A stretch of DNA of 63,593 bases, the filler included, from Octopus bimaculoides (Eukaryota): assembly GCF_001194135.2 (NCBI RefSeq). It is 6 parts of 6 records of this genome, joined end to end, with 100 filler letters (N's around TTAATTAATTAA, not from the genome) between each part and the next. Parts side by side here need not be neighbours in the genome. Positions count along the whole stretch, not along the records: positions 1 to 15,215 come from NC_068989.1; positions 15,316 to 19,270 come from NW_026370633.1; positions 19,371 to 26,900 come from NC_068982.1; 3 more parts are not named here. One strand, written 5' to 3'. Within the stretch, counting starts at the first letter, position 1; each line of letters opens with the position of its first letter. The notes under the pieces are model-generated. The model was not told the DNA's origin, searched no databases, and worked only from the letters and a program-made list of their open reading frames with translations. The translations under genes were made by a program, and so were the position numbers. Of this stretch, positions 12,301 to 22,280 are shown piece after piece.

Positions 12301-13216
12301 ATATTCTGGCAATTTTCTCCATGCCTTCCATTCTCACATCCATTTTGGCAAACACCTGTCAGCTGATGGCAATCAGAACCATTTTGGCAATGACACTCCT
12401 GTGTACATTCCTCACCAAACCATCCAGGGGAACAACCTTCCAAAATTTCAAAACAAAAACACTGTTAGAAACACAATTTTAGTATTTGCATTTTAATAAA
12501 ATCTATTGATGTTAAATTCAAATTACGATGAACGTAAACAAACAAACGAAGTTTGCTTTAGAAGCGTTGAGATGTCTTAGAAAGTTAAAGAAGTGATTTT
12601 TAAATTCTCAAACGTAGGATAATGCTAATAATATAACCTGAACAGGATAAGCTACCCCTATTTTGCAAAATTTCGGCTGATATACTCTCCAGCCTTCATC
12701 AGGTGTCTTGGGGAAATTTCAAACCTGGGTTCTCATTCCTAAGGTATTTTTCCATATTGTTATTATTATTATTATTATTACTATTTATTATTCAGGTCAC
12801 TGCCAGGAATCGAACTAGGAATCTTGGGGTTAGTAGCCCGCGCTCTTAACCACTACGCCATATGCTCTTAAATATAGAACTGCAGTGTCTGGTGTTCTAA
12901 CAAAAAAAAACAAAAAAACCATGTTATGTTGGAAATATAGAAATTAGTCAGTTATTTACCAAAAAGTTTAATATTTTCTATGCAGGAATTATTGGCCATA
13001 ATTCGAATCTTATCTGTAGTTATGTCTCCTGAACACAATAGTTCTGTTGCCACACCTCTTGTAGGTTTGCATTCAAGAGTCTGGTTATCAGAATCGAAGA
13101 TGTTTGTAATTGTGTCTGAAACCAAAAGGAGAAAGATTATTAAAACATAGATTGTTTGAATTGACATTAGCATAATGGGGGGTAGCAAATTTTTGCAGAA
13201 TGCAGGACGAAACGTG

Positions 13217-13255
<39 letters not shown>

Positions 13256-14258
13256 TGTGTGTGTGTGTGTATAGATAGATGATATCATCATCTTCATCAT
13301 CATCATCATCATCATCAACAACAACCAGCAGTAATGATGATAACGATGACGATGATGATAATGATGATTATGACAATGATAATGGTGGTGGTGGTGGTGG
13401 TGACTCGGCAGCGATGGTGTTGGTAGTGGTAGTNNNNNNNNNNNNNNNNNNNNNNNNNNNNNNNNNNNNNNNNNNNNNNNNNNNNNNNNNNNNNNNNNNN
13501 NNNNNNNNNNNNNNNNNNNNNNNNNNNNNNNNNNNNNNNNNNNNNNNNNNNNNNNNNNNNNNNNNNNNNNNNNNNNNNNNNNNNNNNNNNNNNNNNNNNN
13601 NNNNNNNNNNNNNNNNNNNNNNNNNNNNNNNNNNNNNNNNNNNNNNNNNNNNNNNNNNNNNNNNNNNNNNNNNNNNNNNNNNNNNNNNNNNNNNNNNNNN
13701 NNNNNNNNNNNNNNNNNNNNNNNNNNNNNNNNNNNNNNNNNNNNNNNNNNNNNNNNNNNNNNNNNNNNNNNNNNNNNNNNNNNNNNNNNNNNNNNNNNNN
13801 NNNNNNNNNNNNNNNNNNNNNNNNNNNNNNNNNNNNNNNNNNNNNNNNNNNNNNNNNNNNNNNNNNNNNNNNNNNNNNNNNNNNNNNNNNNNNNNNNNNN
13901 NNNNNNNNNNNNNNNNNNNNNNNNNNNNNNNNNNNNNNNNNNNNNNNNNNNNNNNNNNNNNNNNNNNNNNNNNNNNNNNNNNNNNNNNNNNNNNNNNNNN
14001 NNNNNNNNNNNNNNNNNNNNNNNNNNNNNNNNNNNNNNNNNNNNNNNNNNNNNNNNNNNNNNNNNNNNNNNNNNNNNNNNNNNNNNNNNNNNNNNNNNNN
14101 NNNNNNNNNNNNNNNNNNNNNNNNNNNNNNNNNNNNNNNNNNNNNNNNNNNNNNNNNNNNNNNNNNNNNNNNNNNNNNNNNNNNNNNNNNNNNNNNNNNN
14201 NNNNNNNNNNNNNNNNNNNNNNNNNNNNNNNNNNNNNNGATGATGGTAATGATGATGG

Positions 14259-14308
<50 letters not shown>

Positions 14309-14764
14309 GTGATGATGATGGTGATGATGATGATGGTGATGATGATGGTGATGATGATGATGATGATGATGATGATGAGGGTGATGATGATGGTGATGAT
14401 GATGATGGTGATGATGATGGTGGTGATAATGATGATGATGATGATGGTAATGATGATGGTGATGATGATGATGACGATGATGATGATGATGATGGTGATG
14501 ATGATGGTGATGATGATGAGGAAGATAGTGATGGTGGTTTTTGGTGATGACGACGAACATTTATTTAAACAAAAGAACCCATTTGATTTTTTTGTGGGTT
14601 ACACTCACCTGAAATTCTGCCATGAAGTCTAATTTGGTGGATCCTGTAGACGTGATTGAACTGTATTGATTGGTTCTGGTGTGTTATATTTCTACACGTG
14701 TTATTGGTACTCTCATCGAATATCACCATGCCAGGTTGAGATTTGAGAAATTCATGGTATAAAC
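291..14764 (-). CDS. Receptor-type protein tyrosine phosphatase-like gene (GBD-like + F-type lectin/F5-8C + EGF + TM + PTP D1, partial), 13 exons, ~466 aa visible
   Basis: Manual splicing of exons 14609-14764, 12960-13115, 11435-11500, 10961-11140, 9656-9826, 8202-8318, 7236-7308, 5611-5681, 5313-5443, 3812-3899, 3084-3157, 796-820 and 291-379 (1397 nt). All introns are GT-AG, phases are compatible, and there is no stop. Motifs: NIALGRPASQSST, LSLCEVEV, CLPGFYGNLC, TM helix, KNRF, YDHSRVVL, DYINASYI, DFWRMIWQ. Confidence 0.93.
796..820 (-). CDS. RPTP micro-exon, PTP domain: NKKYISTQ
   Basis: Acceptor ctttcatttcag, donor CAAG|gtagtt, 25 nt, phase 0 to 1. Supplies the YIxTQ motif and bridges the phases of its neighbours. 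Confidence 0.85.
3084..3157 (-). CDS. RPTP exon, PTP domain: (Y)DHSRVVLQPDASSSSDYINASYIH
   Basis: Acceptor ttcttcaatccag, donor gtaagt, 74 nt. Contains PTP motifs DxSRVxL and DYINAS. Confidence 0.96.
3812..3899 (-). CDS. RPTP exon, start of PTP domain: DLPCNLLYPCTEAIKPENKDKNRFQCLLP
   Basis: Acceptor tttgtgtttcag, donor gtgagt, 88 nt. Contains an NxxKNR(Y/F) motif. Confidence 0.96.
4345..4573. repeat. 33-bp minisatellite, about 7 copies
   Basis: Unit ttaattctttctttatacttgtactctttttct repeated in tandem in the intron. Confidence 0.9.
4641..5211. mobile_element. Non-autonomous DNA transposon (MITE-like) with ~38-bp TIRs and central telomeric repeats
   Basis: 4641-4678 gatctattttaaaatggggccacatttttcattaatg is the near reverse complement of 5174-5211. 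The core is (TAACCC)3 TA (GGGTTA)4 at 4930-4973. Confidence 0.7.
5313..5443 (-). CDS. RPTP juxtamembrane/wedge exon: (V)PDDIPIDESVYIQPIATELNKQNILIYVQQKKRKLEPFSKDFS
   Basis: Acceptor gtatgtttcttcag, donor gtaagt, 131 nt, phase 1 to 0. Resembles the helix preceding RPTP D1. Confidence 0.9.
5611..5681 (-). CDS. RPTP cytoplasmic juxtamembrane exon: (Y)KYCKIKKYTVCKKRLSEVTLVSS
   Basis: Acceptor tttttgttttacag, donor CAG|gtaaga, 71 nt. Basic stop-transfer sequence after the TM. Confidence 0.9.
5769..6372. mobile_element. Three tandem TTAA-flanked piggyBac-like MITE copies
   Basis: Copies 5773-5992, 6024-6244 and 6276-6368 (internally deleted). Ends CCCTTTCGTTACC / GGTAACAAAAGGG, with TTAA or near-TTAA flanks. 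TTAA TSDs are typical of piggyBac. Confidence 0.75.
7236..7308 (-). CDS. RPTP transmembrane exon: (E)SFLQSGALIVVCVILLMISLVIT
   Basis: Acceptor ttttgctttcag, donor gtaagt, 73 nt. Hydrophobic stretch of about 18-20 aa in the only frame compatible with both neighbours. Confidence 0.92.
7715..8086 (-). mobile_element. tRNA-derived SINE, family A
   Basis: Reverse complement of the family A head (GGCTGTGTGGT...GGTTCCGGGTTCAGTCCCACTGCGTGGCACC) and tail. Confidence 0.8.
8202..8318 (-). CDS. RPTP EGF-like (MEGF/laminin-type) exon: (Q)CLPGFYGNLCHSRCNCQQKECDQITGLCIYDACQAQLA
   Basis: Acceptor tttacattacag, donor CAG|gtaaac, 117 nt, phase 1-1. CxxGFYGxxC..C.C....C....G.C pattern. Confidence 0.94.
8759..9135 (+). 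mobile_element. tRNA-derived SINE, family A
   Basis: Head ggagtggctgtgtggtaagtagcttg...ggttccgagttcagtccc (Pol III A/B-box-like), internal (TA)n/(TG)n tract, conserved tail. Cut by an N gap. Confidence 0.85.
9656..9826 (-). CDS. RPTP exon, C-terminal half of F-type lectin/F5-8C domain: (E)MTVYIG...LSLCEVEVL
   Basis: Acceptor tttttgattcatag, donor gtaagt, 171 nt, phase 1-1. Ends in the LSLCEVEV signature. Confidence 0.93.
10123..10313. repeat. 23-bp minisatellite, about 8 copies
   Basis: Unit taataacattatttagaaggatg. One to two more units occur at ~10535-10566. Confidence 0.85.
10961..11140 (-). CDS. RPTP exon, F-type lectin domain middle: (G)EMCRDRKTSMNASSVVDGN...NPFWKVKFDKNYTISQLRISTDNLY
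   Basis: Donor G|gtgagt. AxxxVDG and PxWxV motifs. The 5' boundary is the AG|GT in the distal TSD copy of the RTE insertion. Confidence 0.88.
11145..11425 (+). mobile_element. 5'-truncated RTE-clade LINE fragment with 13-bp TSD, antisense inside the RPTP coding region
   Basis: Translates to IREHIFKRK*KWMGSTIRKDTPNVAKSALQWNPDGYRKKGRSKNSWRR (RTE ORF2 C-terminal ALxWNPxGxRxxGRxKxxWRR motif). Tail aagaagaag. TSD acatctcaccttt at 11132-11144 and 11426-11438. Confidence 0.88.
11435..11500 (-). CDS. RPTP exon, F-type lectin domain start: (V)NIALGRPASQSSTKKKRYIFK
   Basis: Acceptor catctgtttcag, donor AAG|gtgaga. NIALGxPAxQSST is the canonical F-type lectin N-terminus. Confidence 0.93.
11570..11985 (+). 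mobile_element. Probable L1/Tx1-like LINE 3' fragment
   Basis: Broken frame MTGVFISGQGLVNWFVF...IRLERRHLSLDTFDKRW resembles a Tx1-like ORF2 C-terminus, followed by a 3' UTR ending near aaataaa. Confidence 0.4.
12671..12885 (-). mobile_element. Composite repeat: tRNA-like segment plus Penelope-type pseudo-LTR sequence
   Basis: Minus 12795-12865 has A-box TGGCGTAGTGG and B-box GTTCGATTCC. Minus 12671-12702 reads CTGATGAAGGCTG..CAGCCGAAA. Related copies are at ~1330-1540 and beside the PLE RT fragment at ~51905-51990. Confidence 0.6.
12960..13115 (-). CDS. RPTP ectodomain exon: (D)TITNIFDSDNQTLECKPTRGVATELLCSGDITTDKIRIMANNSCIENIKLF
   Basis: Strong acceptor ctttctccttttggtttcag, donor G|gtaaat, 156 nt, phase 1-1, open frame. 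Resembles the second half of a galactose-binding-like beta-sandwich. Confidence 0.88.
14239..14545. repeat. (GAT/GGT)n trinucleotide tract
   Basis: Direct reading. It continues the tract at 13279-13433 across an N gap. Confidence 0.95.
14609..14764 (-). CDS. RPTP ectodomain exon: (x)LYHEFLKSQPGMVIFDESTNNTCRNITHQNQSIQFNHVYRIHQIRLHGRIS
   Basis: Acceptor tttccccgtccccag, donor CAG|gtgagt, 156 nt, phase 1-1, open frame with several N-x-S/T sequons. Confidence 0.88.
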
Positions 14765-15215
14765 CTGGGGACGGGGAAATAACGAAATGGAGACATTAGA
14801 GACAGCAGATACAAAGTCAACAAGGAGTTGCGATAAACAAGATATTATAAAGCTATTATAAACCTCTCTCTCCTTCTCTCTCTCTCTCCTTCTCTCCCTC
14901 TCTCTCTCCCTCCCTCTTTCCTTCTCTCTCTCTCTCCTCTGTCTCTCTCTCCTTCTCTGTCTCTCTCTCCTTCTCTGTCTCTTTCTCTCCCTCCCTCTTT
15001 CCTTCTCTCACTCTCTCCTTTTCTGTCTCTTTCTCCTCCCCTCTCTCTCTCTCTTCCTTCTCTTGCTCTCTCTCTCTCTTCCTTCTCTTGCTCTCTCTCT
15101 CTCTTCCTTCTCTTGCTCTCTCTCTCTTCCTTCTCTTGCTCCCTCTCTCTTCCTTCTCTTGCTCTCTCTCTCTCTCCTTCTCTCTCTCCCTCCTTCTCTC
15201 TCTCTCCTCTGTCTC

Positions 15216-15315
15216 NNNNNNNNNNNNNNNNNNNNNNNNNNNNNNNNNNNNNNNNNNNNTTAATTAATTAANNNNNNNNNNNNNNNNNNNNNNNNNNNNN
15301 NNNNNNNNNNNNNNN
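15216..15315. other. Artificial assembly spacer 44N-TTAATTAATTAA-44N (also 19271-19370, 26901-27000, 53454-53553, 61607-61706)
   Basis: The same 100-bp construct occurs five times. TTAATTAATTAA puts a stop in all six frames. Confidence 0.95.
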
Positions 15316-15375
<60 letters not shown>

Positions 15376-15840
15376 CACAGTCAAATGGATGAAACAAGTA
15401 AAAGATTAATGTGTACTCACACATGTATAAACATATATATTTATATGTATATATATGTATGTATGTGTATATACATATATACATATTTATATGTATTTGT
15501 ATTATATATATATATATATACACACATAAATAAATAGATATACTTATATATATATTCATACACACAGAGAAATACACATACACACACACATATGTATATT
15601 GCTATGACTTTTTGTGAATATATATGCTGATGTATATCAAGATTCTATAGACAAAAATGCGATACTTCAAAAATATATCTTGTGGGAAATTTGTCTTTAA
15701 GTTGCCAAAAAATATTTTGAAAATTGGCCAGTCTGAAATGTGTGTAAATATGTTAAGAGTCTGGGATAAATCTGCTTCTAAACACCACAACCACACACAG
15801 CCACACAACACACCACCACCACCACTACCAATACTATATA

Positions 15841-15889
<49 letters not shown>

Positions 15890-16954
15890 NNNNNNNNNNN
15901 NNNNNNNNNNNNNNNNNNNNNNNNNNNNNNNNNNNNNNNNNNNNNNNNNNNNNNNNNNNNNNNNNNNNNNNNNNNNNNNNNNNNNNNNNNNNNNNNNNNN
16001 NNNNNNNNNNNNNNNNNNNNNNNNNNNNNNNNNNNNNNNNNNNNNNNNNNNNNNNNNNNNNNNNNNNNNNNNNNNNNNNNNNNNNNNNNNNNNNNNNNNN
16101 NNNNNNNNNNNNNNNNNNNNNNNNNNNNNNNNNNNNNNNNNNNNNNNNNNNNNNNNNNNNNNNNNNNNNNNNNNNNNNNNNNNNNNNNNNNNNNNNNNNN
16201 NNNNNNNNNNNNNNNNNNNNNNNNNNNNNNNNNNNNNNNNNNNNNNNNNNNNNNNNNNNNNNNNNNNNNNNNNNNNNNNNNNNNNNNNNNNNNNNNNNNN
16301 NNNNNNNNNNNNNNNNNNNNNNNNNNNNNNNNNNNNNNNNNNNNNNNNNNNNNNNNNNNNNNNNNNNNNNNNNNNNNNNNNNNNNNNNNNNNNNNNNNNN
16401 NNNNNNNNNNNNNNNNNNNNNNNNNNNNNNNNNNNNNNNNNNNNNNNNNNNNNNNNNNNNNNNNNNNNNNNNNNNNNNNNNNNNNNNNNNNNNNNNNNNN
16501 NNNNNNNNNNNNNNNNNNNNNNNNNNNNNNNNNNNNNNNNNNNNNNNNNNNNNNNNNNNNNNNNNNNNNNNNNNNNNNNNNNNNNNNNNNNNNNNNNNNN
16601 NNNNNNNNNNNNNNNNNNNNNNNNNNNNNNNNNNNNNNNNNNNNNNNNNNNNNNNNNNNNNNNNNNNNNNNNNNNNNNNNNNNNNNNNNNNNNNNNNNNN
16701 NNNNNNNNNNNNNNNNNNNNNNNNNNNNNNNNNNNNNNNNNNNNNNNNNNNNNNNNNNNNNNNNNNNNNNNNNNNNNNNNNNNNNNNNNNNNNNNNNNNN
16801 NNNNNNNNNNNNNNNNNNNNNNNNNNNNNNNNNNNNNNNNNNNNNNNNNNNNNNNNNNNNNNNNNNNNNNNNNTGTATATATAAAGTGAGAGAGTGATAG
16901 GAAGAGAGAAAGAGAGAGAGAGAGGGAGAGAGATAAATAGAAATGAAGAGACAA

Positions 16955-17001
<47 letters not shown>

Positions 17002-17941
17002 GGCAACCACTAAAAAAGCCAGTCAGAAAGACCAGACAAAATCTGCAGTCACCGAACAAAATATTTGAGCAACAAAAAACAAAACAAGCCCCAAAAAACA
17101 AAAATCCCCCCCAAAAAACCAAGACTAGTTTCTTCAAAATATTTTCCTAAAAATTGTTTATTTGTCCACAATGACCCCCTGGGTGAAGTGAACCATATTG
17201 ACAAATGGTACCTCTGTAATGATGTCCTTGTATCAACTGCATTGAGTAGCCATGATGGACGCCGACATAATCAGGAAATTTTTCAGTCTTTTATTATTGT
17301 TTGTTCTTGTTTTATTTTGTTGCAGAAATATTACAATTAGTGTATTTACTGATGGTGATTCGGGGGTCGCGGTGGGGGGAGTTGCTTGCTGTTGTTGTTG
17401 TTGTTTTGTCATAATGGTGCTGGTTAGTAGACTGCTGTCTGGCCTCTCTCAGATCTCTGTGTGTGTGTGTGAGTGTGAATGTGAATGTGTGTATGAGTGC
17501 GTGTGTGTGTGTGAGAGAGTGAATGTGTGTGTTTCTGAGAGAGTGAGTGTATGTGTTTGGGAGAGTGTGTGTGTGTGCTTGGGAGTGTGTGTGTGTTTGG
17601 GAGTGTGTGTGTGTTTGGGAGTGTGTGTGTGCTTGGGAGTGTGTGTGTGCTTGTGAGTGTGTGTGTGTGTTTGAGAATGTGTGTGTGTTTGGGAATCTGT
17701 GTGTGTTTGGGAGTGTGTGTGTGTTTGGGAGTGTGTGTGTGTGTTTGGGAATGTGTGTGTGTTTGTATGTGAAAGTGAGTGTGTGGGTGAGTGGTTGACA
17801 GTGAATGTGTTTGAGAGAGTCGTGTGTGTGTGTGTGTGTGAGAGACAGTGTGTGTGCATGAGTGTGCATGTGTGTATTTCTGTGTGTGTGAGAGTGTATG
17901 TGTTGTATGTGTTCGTGTGAGTGTTTGCGAGTCAGTGTGTA

Positions 17942-18007
<66 letters not shown>

Positions 18008-18119
18008 CGAGTGTGGTGTGTGAGAGTGTGTGAAAGTGAGTATGTGTGTATATATGTATATAATACTGGTTTCGAATTTTGGCACAAGGCCAGCAATTTC
18101 GTGGGCAGCCAAAAAGGTT

Positions 18120-18669
18120 GGTGAGATTTGTGAAAATGGTGTTTAGCTTTTAAGACATCATCAATATATTTGCTTTGGAATTACTTCATCCAACCAAGAG
18201 AATTGCTTCCAAATGTTCATCAGTCAACCTCATTCGATGTGATGACTTCACATCCTTCATCATCATCATCATCATCATCATTGTTTAACGTCCGCTTTCC
18301 ATGCTAGCATGGGTTGGATGATTTGACTGAGGACTGGTGGAACCAGATGGCAACACCAGGCTCCAATCTGATTTGGCAGAGTTCCTACAGCTGGATGCCC
18401 TTCCTAACTCCAACCACTCTGAGAGTGTAGGGGGTGCTTTTACGTGCCACCGGCACACAAGGGCCAGTCAGACGGTACTGGCAACGATCTATGTGACTGA
18501 CACACTGCCTACTATGGTTTCATTATGGAAAATGTTTGCTCACAGACATAAGTTGTTCCACCAGAAACAAATGCAGATACCTACACAAAAGGTACAGAGC
18601 GGCAACGGGCCGGATGAACTGACGTTGCGGGCTGGATCTGGCCCGTGGGCCATAGTTTGGTGAGCCCTG
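18120..18669 (-). mobile_element. hAT (Charlie/SPIN-like) deletion derivative interrupted by a SINE
   Basis: Minus strand starts CAGGGCTCACCAAACTATGGCCCACGGGCCAGATCCAGCCCGC (hAT-like terminus). Transposase C-terminal remnants TTYVCEQTFSIMK and MKDVKSSHRMRLTDEHLEAIL flank a SINE at ~18260-18500. Confidence 0.75.
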
Positions 18670-19191
18670 ATCTAAAGCAAAATTCGTTCAGGGACCTTTA
18701 AAATGATATTGTGAATTACCAATTTATCATTTTGTTGTATGGACCCAAAAAATATTATACGGATCCTGATTGAGTGCGATTGCATTAAAAAAAAAATTCA
18801 AACTGTAATACATACCAATATATAAAACCTCAAAGTTTTTTCAAGGGCTCTTCAAATACTAATCAATATTTTGCTCTATGGACCCTAAAAATCTTTTAAG
18901 GACCTCAGTAGAGAACCACAGTTGTAGACTTTCTCTCAGAAAGCTCACGCACAAGTTTGCATGCTTCGGTGTACTCGGCCATTGTGGTGTTTCTAAAGAG
19001 ATTTACATTGTTATTGATTCTCTCACCTTTTACTCTTCTGTCAAAATGTTCGGTGGATGTTTGGTTGAGTTGCAATTAGTTTGTTGATATCTGAACCGAG
19101 AGTTGCTTCCGAAAGTCTTACAAGACTTCGAATGCAATCGACAGCAGCAGCAGCTTTTGGAAGCTGGTTTCAGAGGAAGCTCATTTGCATA

Positions 19192-19226
<35 letters not shown>

Positions 19227-19789
19227 CGTCGTCGTCATCATTTAACGTCCGCTTTCCATGCTAGCATGGGNNNNNNNNNNNNNNNNNNNNNNNNNNNNNN
19301 NNNNNNNNNNNNNNTTAATTAATTAANNNNNNNNNNNNNNNNNNNNNNNNNNNNNNNNNNNNNNNNNNNNATATATATATATATATACAATTGCATCATG
19401 GAAGGTGTTTATAAGCCATTTAAAAACACGTAAAAAGCTGTTAGATTCACTTCAACATTTAAATTTAATTTGTGTAAAAAATATCTTCGTCGCTTTGAAA
19501 CCGCGACCTGTTCACTGACAAAATTTCGCGCTGACAAAAAAAAAACAAAAACAAAAAAAACACAAACATAATACATACGCGTACATAAATACATACATTA
19601 CATACGTATATATGATTTTTCAGTTATATGAAGATTTCTTACCATTAGAGAAAGAACCGGTTTCCGACCTAGATCCAAAACTCCTTCAAAGGAATTTGAA
19701 CATCAATAGGGTATCTGTGCATATATATGTGTATATGTGCAGTATTTGGAGTCAGTGCGTGTACAGATTTGTATGTTTTACCTTATGTA

Positions 19790-20227
19790 CGTATTCTCAT
19801 GCATATAGTTACATATCTAGACATGCTCAGATATATTTAAATGATAAACTTCTAGAAAGTTTTACAGAGTTTTACAGTTCCAGTGATGGATTGGATCTGT
19901 AGTCTTCGGATTATCTTTCTCCTTTCTGATCTTGAGAAGCCTAATTTCTCAATATTGGTATTTAGGTAGTGTGTTACATATTCCAAGGCCCCAATTATTA
20001 CAGATATAAACCTGAACTTGTAATCTAGATAGAGTAACCGCAGATTTCTCAATAGTTCAGCATAGGTGCAGCAGTGGCTGTGTGGTATGTAGCTTGCTTC
20101 CCAACCACATGGTTCCAGGTTCAGTCCCACTGCGTAGTACCTTGGGCTAGTGTCTTTTACTATAGCCTCGGGCCGACCAAAGCCTTGTGAGTGGATTTGG
20201 TAGACGGAAACTGAAAGAAGCCCGTCG

Positions 20228-20283
<56 letters not shown>

Positions 20284-21745
20284 GGGGTGTGAGCTTGTGT
20301 CTGTCCCTCCAATATCGCTTGACAACTGATGCCGCAACCTAGCAGTTCGGCAAAAGAGACCGATAGAATAAGTACTAGGCTTACAAAGAATAAATCCTGG
20401 GGTCGATTTGCTCGACTAAAGGCGGTGCTCCAGCATGGCCGCAGTCAAATGACTGAAACAAATAAAAGAATAAAAGAATAGGTATTCTCTATTTCACAGA
20501 TCTTCAGCTTTATGCTAACATCCGCTGGGCAGCTAATTTCCACAACTATGCACAGTTTCTCCTCTCCATCCCAAATCATTATACCAGGTCTGTTGTGCTT
20601 CCTTTTTATTGAGGTCTTCACTGGAACATTCTACCAGTACTCCTTTTTATTATGAGAGTTCTTATTTCTTTGTACTCGGAGTTATCCTTTCGACGGACCT
20701 CGTTATACAGTGTCCTAGCTACAACATCATCTCTCATCGGTAGATAATATCTTGATGACATTTTTGGAGAACCGCTTATTATTTGGGTGATATCTTCGGT
20801 GTTAACTTGAGAAAATCTGAATTGTTCTCACAGTTTTGTGCTTTCCCTGCGTTTCTGTCCCTTTTGTGCATCAATTATTTGGTTGATATTTCTTGTTCCT
20901 CGATTGCAAACGCACATACTTGAAAGTGTTAGCTTTCTACTAGCGTATCCATGCATCGTCTTCTGCTCATACAGACTCATCGTTTCATCTGATGAATCGT
21001 GCCACTTCTTCGGGCATATATTCAGGGTTATCAGACAAGGAATGTTGCTTCAAAAGCTGCTTTTCTAGTCTTACGATGTCATCAGCCTCATGTATGCAAA
21101 CTTGGTAAAGGGATGCACTTCGAGACTTGATGGTTAAAAGATGTTGCCGAAGGGATATAATATGACATTCAAAGGCAGTCTGGGTCGATGTTATGCCTCT
21201 GCCGCCTTGTTTTCGTTTGAAGTAAAGGCGCTAAACGCCATTGTTGATGTGAATATTATTTGTGCTGGTTACTATCTTCCAGGTTTTCACATCAATGGCT
21301 CGGATCTCATCAAGCATCCAATCACGTAGCCCAAATGTTGGTATGAGTACTGGTACTGCATTGCGAGCCACCGATTTATCGATGCCGAGGTCCATATTTT
21401 CCTTATCTGTTTGTACTATGCTTTAGTGACACGTATCTTGTTACAGATACCATTGTAAGATATGTTTTCCTCTACACCTCACCAGATATAGGGGAAACAG
21501 TGAAGTCATTGATGGAGATATTGCTGGTCTGGTTTATAGTTTTCCCTCTTTTCAGAACCATATAGCATAATTTATTCTGACCAAATTCCAATCCTATATC
21601 CTTTGAAAATGTTGCAACCAGATCAAGGCTCGTTTTCATCTCGTGCATATTCTTTGCATATAGTTCCAAGTCATCCACAAAGAAGCAGTGTGTAATTTTG
21701 GTATTTCTGTTTTCTTGTGAACCAGTGAGGTATCCTTCAGACTTC
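19790..21745 (-). mobile_element. Non-LTR retrotransposon with RT and restriction-like endonuclease (R4/NeSL-like), truncated, split by a SINE
   Basis: RT motif HCFFVDDLELY...DIGLEFG at 21472-21759. RLE region HNRPGIMIWDGEEKLCIVVEISCPAD...YAELLRNL continues across the SINE at 20068-20477. Confidence 0.85.
20068..20477 (+). mobile_element. tRNA-derived SINE, family A, with ATAGGT TSD
   Basis: Full head-to-tail copy. ataggt at 20062-20067 and 20478-20483. Removing it rejoins the RLE frame. Confidence 0.88.
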
Positions 21746-22069
21746 CCTAACATGAACAACAGTATGTATGTATGTATGTATGTATGTATGTATGTATGTG
21801 TGTGTGTATATGTATGTATGTATGTGTGTATACATGCATGTATGCATGTATGTATTTGTGTGTGTATGTATGTCTGTATGGAAGTGTGTGCGTCTGTGTA
21901 TATATGTATGTGTGTGTGTATGCATGTATGTATTCATGTATGTATGTAAGTGAGCGCATGCATGTCTGTATGGAAGTAAGTGTGTGTGTCTGTGTATGTA
22001 TGTATGTATATATGTATGTATGTGCGTGTGTATACGTGCAGATCTGTATGTTTTGTTTTATGTATGTCT

Positions 22070-22280
22070 TCTCATGCGTATAGCTACATATCTAGACATG
22101 CTCATATATATTTAAATGATAAACTTCTGGAAAGTTTTACAGATTTTTACAGTTCCACTGATGGATTGGATCTGTAGTCTTCGAATTAACTTTCTCCTTT
22201 CTGGTTTTGAGAAGCCTAAATTTCTCAAGATTGGCATTTAGGCAGTGTGTTACATATCCCAAACCCCCAATGATTACCGG
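22070..22280 (-). mobile_element. Second 3'-end copy of the same RLE retrotransposon family within (TATG)n
   Basis: Closely matches ~19800-20010. A shorter copy is at ~22370-22430. Confidence 0.8.

Noticed and set aside
13116-13188. Apparent signal peptide MLMSIQTIYVLIIFLLLVS ahead of the 12960-13115 exon
   Set aside because: The hydrophobic run is the translated polypyrimidine tract of a strong acceptor, and an in-phase upstream exon exists at 14609-14764. An alternative start cannot be fully excluded.
17150-17290. Minus-strand frame ...HHYRGTICQYG as a possible EGF exon upstream of 14764
   Set aside because: No pyrimidine-rich acceptor, a poor donor (gttcac), and an incomplete Cys pattern.
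13088-17900. Long ORFs in the track (poly-His, poly-Asp, HT/CV repeats, X-filled)
   Set aside because: They are translations of (GAT)n, (CA)n and (TA)n microsatellites and of N gaps, not genes. The same applies to similar ORFs at 25380-26003, 27669-28355, 41008-41800 and 57729-58403.
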